Shown here: positions 21,940 through 32,200 of the stretch, one piece after another
Layout: every line of letters starts with the position of its first letter
Numbering within the stretch: position 1 is the stretch's first letter
DNA from: Candidatus Brocadiia bacterium
GTDB lineage: Bacteria > Planctomycetota > Brocadiia > CAIUPP01
NCBI GenBank assembly: GCA_050015075.1
Contig: JBEKCB010000008.1
Coordinates: 89,743-153,742, forward strand
Direction of reading: 5' to 3'
Length of the DNA: 64,000 bases
Notes under the pieces: generated by a model
The model's database searches: none
What the model was told of the DNA's origin: nothing
Seen by the model: only the letters and a program-made list of their open reading frames with translations
Program-made: the position numbers and the translations under genes

Positions 21940-23088
21940 CTATATGTGAAGCACGGTGCAGATAACCGCCGCCAGGGAGTCGAGCAGGATGATGGCCACA
22001 ATGCCGCTGACCACGGCCGAGGTCGCCGCCTCGCCCACGGCCGAGGCGCTCCGGCCGCACTGCACGCCTCGCAGGCAACCGACGGCCGCAACCACAATTC
22101 CGAAGACGAGGCCCTTCCCCACGCCCATGCTGAAGTCGCTCAAGCTGACGACTGAGCGCGTCTGGTCAATGTAGGTGGACAGGGGAATGCCGAACATGGT
22201 GACGCTGACAAGTGCGCCGCCGCCGATCCCCATCAGCATGGCGTACAGGCAGAGCATCGGCATCATCACGGCAAGGGCAAGCAGGCGCGGCAACACCAGA
22301 AAGCCGATGGGCGAAAACCCGGCCGTGCTGAGGGCGTCAACCTCCTCGTTGACCTGCATCGTGCCGATTTGTGCGGCAAAGGCGGCGCCGGTGCGGCCCG
22401 CCATGATAATGCCGGTCATCATGGGCGCCATCTCGCGCACGACGCCGATGGCAACGCCCGCGGCAATGTAGATTTCCGCCCCGAATTGCTTGAGCTGGTA
22501 GGCTCCGACAAATGCCAGAATCATCCCGATCAGTACGCTGATCAGCGAAACAATGGGAAATGCCTCTGCTCCCGCCGCCTGTGCGAACAGGAACAGATCC
22601 ACGCGCCGGAACATGGTTTTCCCGCGGAAGAGGTCCACCGTCGCCTGAACGCAGTCGCCCAGAAAGGTCAGGACCGCCCCGGTTGACTGGACAAACTCAA
22701 TGGTCTGCGCGCCGAAGGCAGCCAGAAATGATCTTCGGGCGCTTCCAGCATGGTCTGTTGCGCGCGGCGGCACAGCACGCGCCAGGCGCACAAGGCGCTG
22801 GGCGCCCTCGGGCAAGCCTGCGGTATCCACGGGAACCTTGCGTTGCGCGCAGGCATCGAAGACGCCCATGACAAGCGCCATCATGCCGGAGTCCCACCCG
22901 GAGAGTTCCTTTCCGTCGAGTTCCACGCGAATGGGGGCGCCACCTTCGTCGAGCCGGCCCAGGAGCGTATCCACGGCGGGAAGGTTCGCCGGCTGCTTCC
23001 AGTTGCCGCGCAACTGCACCACCACGGTTCCATCGGGGCGGCGTTCGAGGGTCGCTGCCGCGTCAGAAGACTGATTCTGATCTGTCAT
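21940..23088 (-). CDS. MlaE-like ABC transporter permease with N-terminal STAS-like domain
   Basis: REMAPMMTGIIMAGRTGAAFAAQIGTMQVNEEVDAL, VGEAATSAVV. Confidence 0.92.
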   Translation of the reverse strand: MTDQNQSSDAAATLERRPDGTVVVQLRGNWKQPANLPAVDTLLGRLDEGGAPIRVELDGKELSGWDSGMMALVMGVFDACAQRKVPVDTAGLPEGAQRLVRLARAVPPRATDHAGSARRSFLAAFGAQTIEFVQSTGAVLTFLGDCVQATVDLFRGKTMFRRVDLFLFAQAAGAEAFPIVSLISVLIGMILAFVGAYQLKQFGAEIYIAAGVAIGVVREMAPMMTGIIMAGRTGAAFAAQIGTMQVNEEVDALSTAGFSPIGFLVLPRLLALAVMMPMLCLYAMLMGIGGGALVSVTMFGIPLSTYIDQTRSVVSLSDFSMGVGKGLVFGIVVAAVGCLRGVQCGRSASAVGEAATSAVVSGIVAIILLDSLAAVICTVLHI

Positions 23089-23499
23089 GTAACCCATCCG
23101 CCCGAAGCCGCCGTAACTGATACAGGTCTGACTCGCGCCGCCGTGTTCCCATCAACCGCCGTCGTTTGTGGCGGACACACATGCTTGGTACCGGCCACGT
23201 GTCCCAAGAAGTTTCACCTTTTGACGTGTATCATCGGGCCGAATTCTGTGCAATTGGACTTTGGTCGTATTGAAGGAGTCCTGCAAAGGGCGCACAAAAA
23301 TCGTGGTGCGGTGTGGAATGGAAGAAAATTACGTCACTCTTTGAAAGTCTCTGTCGAAGAGCGGAATCTGGGCAGAGTTCATTTTCGCTGATAACACGGA
23401 GGTGCCCGGTGCAACTCGACAGCTAAAACAGCGCTCCAACTTCCCTGTTCGGGTGTTACAAAAGAGTGGAGGCCGCGGCACGTCAGCCGCACGTAAGAA

Positions 23500-23680
23500 T
23501 CACTTCTTTCCGTGGTCAGTGCCCGCGGGCTTCAACTGCAGGGTTATCGCCCGAACTGTTTTGGGGTCAACGCGCCGGCAGTACCGCGCGGTCACTCTCG
23601 GGTCTGAGTGGCCGAGCGCTTCGCTCGCAACGCGCTGGTTGATCCCCAGCGCCGCACACGAAGCGGAGCCGATGGCTTGA
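23500..23680 (-). pseudogene. Tyrosine recombinase C-terminal remnant
   Basis: GINQRVASEALGHSDPRVTARY (LGH...Y catalytic box); no upstream domain. Confidence 0.6.
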
Positions 23681-23782
23681 CCGGAGCCTCTGGAGCGTGA
23701 TAGAAGCATAGTCTCATGCCCGAAGGGGCTTTCCTTCCGGATGGTCCGGCGGGAATTCGGCTTTGATTGGTTCGTGACCGGC

Positions 23783-25888
23783 GTGGCGGAAAAACCTCCT
23801 TACAAACGAATTGACCTCGGGCAGCTCGACAAGATCCAGCAGGCGGAGCGCCCGACGCTGCGCATCCGCTGGTGGATCGTGCTGCCGCTGGCGGTGCTCC
23901 TCTCCGCCGTGCAGGCGGCGCTGAACCTCCACCTGGAGAACCGCCCCACCGGAGTCACCCTGATCGCCACGCAGATCTCGGTCATCGCCTTCGCCTTCCT
24001 GATCCTGCTCTCCCTCGGGTTGAACCCGCTGCTGCGGCTGACTCGCCTGATGGAGCCGTTCAACCGCGGCGAGATGATGACGCTGTATGCGGCGCTCTGC
24101 GTTTCGGCGGGCATCAGTTCCTATGGCCTTGTGGATCAGCTCGTGCCGCTGATCGCCACCCCGTTCAACACCGAGTACGCCACGGCGCAGAGCGGCTGGA
24201 CGAAGGACGTGACGCCGTACCTGAACAAGGCGCTCTACATCACGGACATGGCGGGCATCAAGGAGTACCGGCAGGGCTTCGCCTCGACCGAAGGCCTGTG
24301 GCGGAAGGTCCCGTGGGCATTATGGGCCAAGCCGCTCGCGCTCTGGATGATTTTCGTCTTCGCCGTCTACGGCGTCTTCTACGGTTTGGCGATGCTGTTG
24401 TTTGACACATGGGCGCGGCGGGAGAAGCTGATCTTTCCTCTGGCGCGGCTGCCCGAGGACCTGATGAGCGACGAAAACGCCCCCAGCGGCACGATTTCCT
24501 CCACCCTGCGCAGCGGCCTGTTCTGGCTCGGGTTCCTTTTCGTCGCGATGCTGCTCAGCTACAATGCCTGCTGCCAGGCGGGCTGGCTCCGCGGTCTGAC
24601 CCCGCTGACGCTCGGCCTCGACCAATCCAAGCTTCAGGACATGCTCTCCAACTCCGTTTTCAAGGGCATCGCCGACGAACTGGGCGGCGGGATGTACCGG
24701 GTCCGCGTCCTGATCATCTTCACGGCGATCGGGATCGGCTTCCTGATACCGCTGGAGATCTCCGCGAGCATCTGGATCTATTACCTGGTCAGCGTCGCTC
24801 TTTTTCTGCTGGCGATCTGGACGGCCGCCGGGGCGACGATCCGGTCCTTCCCGAGCGACTGGCTCTGGGAGAACAACTTCGTCAGCGCCCTGGGAGCCGG
24901 CGGGCTGCTGGCCTACTCGGCGGCGACGCTGGCCAAGCTGGCGGCCGAACGGGCGAGCGCCATCCGGCAGGCGGCCGCGGCGCAGGGCCGGCGCCTGAGC
25001 GCGGCGCGATGGGCCGTAGCGCTGCCGGCGAGCATGGGCTGGGGCGGACTGGTTTTCGCGGCCTCGTGCGCGGTGGCGATCGGCTGGCTGGCCTGGTGCC
25101 ACGTCTCCTGGTACTGGGGCGCCGGCTTCATGGCGGTGATCGTACTGGTCACCGTCGGGCTGATGCGCGTCGTGGCGGAAGGGGGCATCTACTGGTTCCA
25201 GATCCACACCGGCCCGTTCCACCTGGTCAAGACTTTCGGCCTGACGGACTCGGTGCCCAAGTCGGTGCTGTCGCCGCTCATGCCGCTTTACTCGGTGCTG
25301 TTCACCGACATCAAGACGTTCATGGCGCCGACGGTGATGAACAGCTTCAAGATGCAGGAGGAGACGCGCGCCGCGCGCCGGTGGTTCCACGCCAGCGTCA
25401 TTGCCGCGATCGTGGTGACGGTCGCCGTGTCGTTCGCTACGCTTCTGTACATCGTGTACGGCGTGGGGGCGAACCGCTGCAGCGAGTGGTTCTTCAAGCT
25501 CGGGCCGACGAGCCTGCTCGACAGCACCCAACTGCTCGTCAGCGGCGGCGCCGCCGGCACGCAGCCATACAACTGGATCTACTACCTCATCGGCGCCGGC
25601 TGGGTGCTCCTGAGCATTGGAATGCGGCGCAAGTTCTTCTGGTGGCTGCATCCGATCGGCTTCGCGATGATGGCCAATGCGCTGATCCCGGCGCTCTCGT
25701 TCTCCTTCTTCCTCGGGTGGTGCTGCAAGAAACTGGCGGTCCGGTACGGCGGGCGGCATATGTTCGCCAAGCTGCGCCCGGCTTTCATCGGACTGATTTT
25801 CGGCGAACTCATGGCCTGTTTCGTCTGGTCGGTGGTCGCTTCGACCTTTGCGCTGAACAAGGTTTCCATAGACCTCGACCGATTCTGA
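23783..25888 (+). CDS. Large conserved integral membrane protein (DUF6785/DUF6784-like, possible transporter)
   Basis: Many TM segments; WARREKLIFPL, WWLHPIGF, VRYGG...LRPAFIGLIFGE; start uncertain (23741 or 23783). Confidence 0.75.
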   Translation: MAEKPPYKRIDLGQLDKIQQAERPTLRIRWWIVLPLAVLLSAVQAALNLHLENRPTGVTLIATQISVIAFAFLILLSLGLNPLLRLTRLMEPFNRGEMMTLYAALCVSAGISSYGLVDQLVPLIATPFNTEYATAQSGWTKDVTPYLNKALYITDMAGIKEYRQGFASTEGLWRKVPWALWAKPLALWMIFVFAVYGVFYGLAMLLFDTWARREKLIFPLARLPEDLMSDENAPSGTISSTLRSGLFWLGFLFVAMLLSYNACCQAGWLRGLTPLTLGLDQSKLQDMLSNSVFKGIADELGGGMYRVRVLIIFTAIGIGFLIPLEISASIWIYYLVSVALFLLAIWTAAGATIRSFPSDWLWENNFVSALGAGGLLAYSAATLAKLAAERASAIRQAAAAQGRRLSAARWAVALPASMGWGGLVFAASCAVAIGWLAWCHVSWYWGAGFMAVIVLVTVGLMRVVAEGGIYWFQIHTGPFHLVKTFGLTDSVPKSVLSPLMPLYSVLFTDIKTFMAPTVMNSFKMQEETRAARRWFHASVIAAIVVTVAVSFATLLYIVYGVGANRCSEWFFKLGPTSLLDSTQLLVSGGAAGTQPYNWIYYLIGAGWVLLSIGMRRKFFWWLHPIGFAMMANALIPALSFSFFLGWCCKKLAVRYGGRHMFAKLRPAFIGLIFGELMACFVWSVVASTFALNKVSIDLDRF

Positions 25889-25934
25889 GCCGCCGGCGGA
25901 GCCGCCCTCCTGCTCAACCGGGATTTGCCGGATG

Positions 25935-26223
25935 TCCACTGTGCAGGACGACGATCGAAAACCCTGGCTTGGTGGACGCTTATCTGGAACACGAGCATCA
26001 GATTAACCTTAGTACGATCGAGGTACTCGGCGACCTCGGCCTGGACTACATCCATAGGAATGGTTTCTACGAGACCGCGGATTTCTACGGTCGCGCGGTG
26101 CGGCAGGTGCTCGATGTCCTCGGCAAGACCGGCCTTATCCTGACGCAGTGTGTCTCGGCGCACAGCATTATGCCGTGGGAGAGCACACTGGCCACGATAG
26201 ATGAGTGGCGCACCTTGCGGTAA
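25935..26223 (+). pseudogene. Internally deleted remnant of a URO-D-like gene
   Basis: IENPGLVDAYLE...RNGFYETADFYG joined directly to RAVRQVLDVLGKTGLILTQCVSAHSIMPWES... Confidence 0.5.
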
Positions 26224-26259
26224 AAAAGTGCTTGCCGAGTGTTCGGATGGTGTACGCTC

Positions 26260-29200
26260 CTAATGGCCCTTGACATAGACCGCCACAGCCGTCGTGGCCG
26301 CGGTCATTGTAAACGTAACGGATTTCTGCGCGGCAGGCTGCACCGCGCCGCTCACCGTCCAATGCGAGAAGGTGTACCCGGCCGGGTCTGTGGCCGGGGC
26401 CTGCAGGTTCACGCTCGTCCCATACGCGACTCCGGTCCTCGTGTAGTTCGTCGTGCCGCCGTGGCCCGTGCTCGAGCTGATGACCTGCTTGACCGGCGGC
26501 GTGGACTGCACGGTGAGCGCGTAGCCGATGTTCGATGTGTAGTGCGCCACCGCCGTCACGGCCGCGTCCATCGTGAGCGTGATGGACTTCTGCCCGTCAG
26601 GCTGCGCCGCGCCGTTCACCGTCCACTGCAAGAAGGTGTATCCGGCCGGGTCTGTCGCCGGCGCCTGGAGATTCACGCTCGTCCCGTACGCGACCCCGGT
26701 CTTCGTGTAGTTCGTCGTGCCGCCGTGCCCTGTGCTGGAGCCGATGACCTGCTTGACCGGCGGCGTGGACTGCACGGTGAGCGCGTAGCCGACGTTCGCC
26801 GTGTACTGCGCCACCGCCGTCACGGCCGCGCTTATCGTGAACGTGACGGATTTCTGCCCGGGCGTCTGCGCCGCGCCGTCCACCGTCCATTGCGAGAAGG
26901 TGTATCCGGCCGGGTCCGTCGCCGGTGCCTGCACGTTCACGCTCGTCCCGTACGCGACCCCGGCCTTCGTGTAGTTCGTCGTGCCGCCGTGCCCCGTGCT
27001 CGAGCCGATGACCTGCTTGCCCGGCGTCGTGGCCTGCACGGAGAGCGTGTACCCCATGTTCGCCGTATACTGCGCCACCGCCGTCACGGCTCCATCCATC
27101 GTGAACGTGACGGATTTCTGCCCCGGACTCTGCCCCGCGCCGTTCACCGTCCACTGCGAGAAGGTGTATCCCGCCGGGTCCGTCGCCGGCGCCTGGAGAT
27201 TCACGCTCGTCCCGTTGCCGACCCCGCCCTTCACGTAGTTCGTCGTGCCGTTCCGGCCCGTGCTCGAGCTGATGACCAGCCCGGTCGGCGGCGTGGAGTC
27301 CACGGTCAGCGTGTAGCCGATGTTCGCTGTGTACTCCGCCACCGCCGTCACGGCCCCATCCATCGTGAACGTGACGGATTTCTGCCCGGGCGCCTGCGCC
27401 GCGCCGTTCACCGTCCATTGCGAGAAGGTGTATCCGCCCGGGTCCGTCGCCGGCGCCGCCACGTTCACGCTCGTGCCGTACGCAACGCCGGGCACCGTGT
27501 AGTTCGTGATGCCGCCGTCGAACGTGCTCGAGGTGACGACCTGCTTGCCCGGAGGCGTGGACTGCACGGTGAGCGTGTAGCCGACATTCGCGGTGTAGTG
27601 CGCCAGGGCCGTCACGGCCGCGTCCATCGTGAACGTGATGGACTTCTGCCCGTCCGGCTGCGCCGCCCCGTTCAGCGTCCACTGCGAGAAGGTGTACCCG
27701 GCCGGGTCCGTCGCCGGCGCCGCCAGGTTCACGGTCGTCCCGTATGCGACGGTATTCGCGTAGTTCGTCGTGCCGCTGTTGCCCGTGCTCGAACCGATGG
27801 CCTGCTTGCCCGCAGGCGTGGACTGCACCGTCAGCGTGTAGCTGATGTTCGCCGTGTAGTGCGCCGCCGCCGTCACGGCCGCGTCCATCGTGAACGTGAT
27901 GGACTTCTGCCCGTCCGGCTGCGCCGCCCCGTTCAGCGTCCACTGCGAGAAGGTGTATCCGGCCGGGTCCGTCGCCGGCGCCGCCAGGTTCACGCTGGCG
28001 CCGTCCCCGATCCCCGTGATCGTGTAGTTCGTCGTGCCGCTCTGCCCCGTGCTCGAGCCGATGCCCTGCCCGGCCGGCGGCGTGGACTGCACGGTCAGCG
28101 TGTAGCCGTTCAGCGTGTATTGCGCCACCGCCGTCATGCCCCCATCCATCGTGAACGTGATGGATTTCTCCCCGGCCGTCTGCGCGACGCCGTTCAACGT
28201 CCATTGCGAGAAGGTGTATCCGGCCGGGTCCGTCGCCGGCGCTTGCAGGTTCACGCTCGTCCCATTACCGACGCTCTTATTGGTGTAGTAGTTCGTCGTC
28301 CCTTTCTGCCCCGTGCTCGATCCGATGCTCAGCCCGGCCGGCGGCGTGGATTCCACCGTCAGCGCGTACCCGTTCAGCGTGTACTGCGCCACGGCCGTCA
28401 TGCCCCCATCCATCGTGAAGGTGATGGATTTCTCCCCGGCCGTCTGCGCCGCGCCGTTCACCGTCCACTGCGAGAAGGTGTACCCCGCCGGGTCCGTCGC
28501 CGGCGCCTGGAGATTCACGCTCGTCCCGTTGCCGACCCCGGCCTTCACGTAGTTCGTCGTGCCGTTCTGCCCCGTGCTCGAGCTGATGACCAGCCCGGTC
28601 GGCGGCGTGGAGTCCACGGTCAGCGCGTAGCCGATGTTCGATGTGTACTCCGCCACCGCCGTCACGGCCCCGTCCATTGTGAACGTGACGGATTTCTGCC
28701 CGGGCGTCTGCGCCGCGCCGTTCACCGTCCATTGCGAGAAGGTGTACCCCGCCGGGTCCGCCGCCGGCGCCTGGAGATTCACGCTCGTCCCGTTGCCGAC
28801 CCCGCTCTTCGCGTAGTTCGTCGTGCCGTTCTGCCCCGTGCTCGAGGTGATGACCTGCTTGGCCGGCGGCGTGGAGTCCACGGTCAGCGTGTAACCGATG
28901 TTCGCTGTGTACTCCGCCACCGCCGTCACGGCCCCGTCCATTGTGAACGTGACGGATTTCTGTCCGGGCGCCTGCGCCGCGCCGTTCACCGTCCATTGCG
29001 AGAAGGTGTATCCGGCCGGGTCCGTCGCCGGCGCCGCCACGTTCACGCTCGTGCCGTACGCAACGCCGGGGACTGTGTAGTTCGTGATGCCGCCGTCGAA
29101 CGTGCTCGAGGTGACGACCTGCTTGCCCGGCGGCGTGGACTGCACCGTCAGCGTGTAGCCGGTGTTCGCTGTGTACTCCGCCACCGCCGTCACCGCCGCA

Positions 29201-32200
29201 TCTATCGTGAACGTGATGGACTTCTGCCCGTCCGGCTGCGCCGCGCCGTTCAGCGTCCACTGCGAGAAGGTGTACCCGGCCGGGTCTGTCGCCGGCGCCG
29301 CCAGGTTCACGCTCGTCCCATACGCGATTCCGGTCTTCGTGTAGCTCGTCGTGCCGCCCTGGCCCGTGCTCGAACCGATGGCCTGCTTGCCCACAGGCGT
29401 GGACTGCACCGTCAGCGTGTAGCTGATGTTCGCCGTGTAATGCGCCACCGCCGTCACCGCCGCATCCATCGTGAACGTGACCGACTTCTGCCCCGGACCC
29501 TGCGCCGCGCCGTTCACCGTCCACCGCGAGAAGGTGTACCCGGCCGGGTCTGCGTCCGGCGCCGCCACGTTCACGCACGTCCCGTTACAGACGCCGGACA
29601 TCGCGCAGTTCGTCGTGCCGCTATGGCCCGTGCTCGAACCGATGCTCAATCCGGTCGGCGGTGTGGACTGCATGGAAAGCGTGTAGCCGGTGTTCGGCGT
29701 GTACTTCGCCACCGCCGTCACCGCCGCATCCATCGTGAACGTGACCGACTTCTGCCCCGGACTCTGCGCCGCGCCGTTCACCGTCCATTGCGAGAAACTG
29801 TATCCGCCCGGGTCCGTCGCCGGCGCCTGCAGGTTCACGGCCGTGCCGTACCCGACCCCCGGAATCGTGCACTTCGTCGTGCCGCCCTGGCCCGTGCTCG
29901 AACCGATGCTCAGCCCGGTCGGCGGTGTGGATTCCACCGTCAGCGCGTAACTCATGTTCGATGTGTACTGCGCCACCGCCGTCACCGCCGCGTTCAGGGT
30001 GAACGTGACCGACTTCTGCCCCGGACTCTGCGCCGCGCCGTTCACCGTCCATTGCGAGAAGGTGTATCCGCCCGGGTCCGTCGCCGGCGCTTGCAGGTTC
30101 ACGCTCGTGCCGTACACGACCGTGTCCGCGTAGTTCGTCGTCCCGTTGTTGCCCGTGCTCGAAGCGATGCCCAGCCCCGTCGGCGGCGTGGACTGCACGG
30201 CCAGCGTGTAAGTCGGCGTGTACTCCGCCACCGCCGTCGCGGCCGCGATCATCGTGAACGTGATGGACTTCTGCCCCGCAGTCTGCGCCGCGCCGTTCAC
30301 CGTCCACTGCGAGAAGACGTACCCGGCCGGGTCCGTCGCCGGCGCCGCCAGGTTCACGCTCGCCCCGGACGCGACGCCCGGCACCGTGTAGTTCGTCGTC
30401 CCGCCGTCGGCGCTGCCCGAAGTGATCACGATCCCGGTCGGCGGCATGGACTGCACGCTCAGCGCGTAGACCGGCGCGTACTGCGCCACCGCCGTCGCGG
30501 CCGCGGGCATCGTGAAGGTGATCGCCTTCTGCCCGGCGGTCTGCGCCGCGCCGTTCACCGTCCACTGCGAGAAGACGTACCCGGCCGGGTCCGTCGCCGG
30601 CGCCGCCAGGTTCACGCTCGCTCCGTACGACACGCTCGACACGGTATAGTTCGTCGCCCCGCCGTCGCCCGTGCTCGAACCAATGCGCAGCCCGGTCACC
30701 GGCGTGGACTGCACCGTCAGCGCGTAGGTGTTCAGCGTGTACTGTGCTACCGCCGTCGCGCCCGCGGTCATCGGGAACGTAATGGACTTCTGCCCGGCGG
30801 TCTGCGCCGCGCCGTTCACCGTCCACTGAGAGAAGGTGTAGCCGGTCGGGTCCGTCGCCGGGGTCGCCAGGTTCACGCTCGTGCCGTACCCGACGCCCGT
30901 CACGGTGTAGTTCGTCGCCCCACCGTCGGCGCCGCTCGAAGTGACCACGATCCCGGTCGGCGGCGTGGACTGCACATTCAGCGTGTAGGGGTTCGCCGTG
31001 TACTGCGCCACCGCCGTCGTGCCTGCGCTCATCGGGAACGTGATGGACTTCTGCCCGGCGGTCTGCGCTGCGCCGTTCACCGTCCACTGCGAGAAGGTGT
31101 AGCCGGTCGGGTCCGTCGCCGGCGCCGCCAGGTTCACGCTGGTATTATACGCGATGCTCGACACGGCGTAGTTCGTCGTCCCGCTGTTGCCGCTGGTCGA
31201 AGTGATCACGACGCCGGTCGGCGGCGTGGACTGCACCGTCAGCGCGTAGGTATTCACCGTGTACACCGCCACCGCTGTCATGGCCATCGCGGGCATCGTG
31301 GGCGTGATTTCCTTCTCACCCGCAGGCTGCGGCGTTCCGTTCAGAGTCCAGCAAGAGAAAGTGTAGCCGGTCGGGTCCGTCGCCGGGGCTTGCAGGTCAA
31401 CGCTTATCCCGTACCCGACGGTATTGGTGTAGCTCGTCGTGCCGTCATTGCCCGTGCTCGAACCGATGCTGAGCCCGGTCGGCGGCGTGGACTGCACCGT
31501 CAGCGTGTAGGTGTTCAGCGTATACTGCGCTACTGCCGTCGCGCCCGCGGTCATTGGGAACGTAATGGACTTCTGCCCGGCGGCCTGCGCCGCACCGTTC
31601 ACCGTCCACTGCGAGAACGTGTACCCGGTCGGGTCCGTTGCCGGGGCCGCCAGGTTCACACTCGTCGCGTATACGGCGGTACCGGCGTAGTTCGTCGCGC
31701 CGCCGTTGCCGCTGGTCGAAGTGATCACGACGCCGGTCGGCGGGGTGGACTGCACGTTCAGCGTGTAGGAGTTCGCCGTGTACTGCGCCACAGCCACCAT
31801 GTTCGTGGGCACGGTGAACGTGATGGACTTCTGCCCGGCAGTCTGCGCCGCACTGTTGACCGTCCACTGCGAGAATGTGTACCCAAGCGGATCCGTGGCC
31901 GGCGCCTGGAGGTTCACGCTCGCGTCGTACCCGACGGTATCGGTGTAGTCCGTCGTGCCGGCGTTGCCCCTGCTCGAACCGATGCTCAGGCCGGTCGGCG
32001 GCGCGGACTGCACCGCCAGGTTGCACGTGCCCTGGAACTCGTAGGCGCCCATGTCCACCGCGGGGCCCACGATTCGCGGATTGCCGTCAAGGTCCGTCGT
32101 CACGCCTGACGGAACCGCGGCATTGTTGCCGGCGTCAATGCAGGGGCTGCCGGCCCGCAGCCGGTAATCGCCCGTTGTCGTCGGCGAGAAAAATGCGGCG

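Noticed and set aside
26239-32109. 1956-aa plus-strand ORF and many nested ORFs
   Set aside because: Arg-rich antisense shadow of the repeat array of the real minus-strand gene
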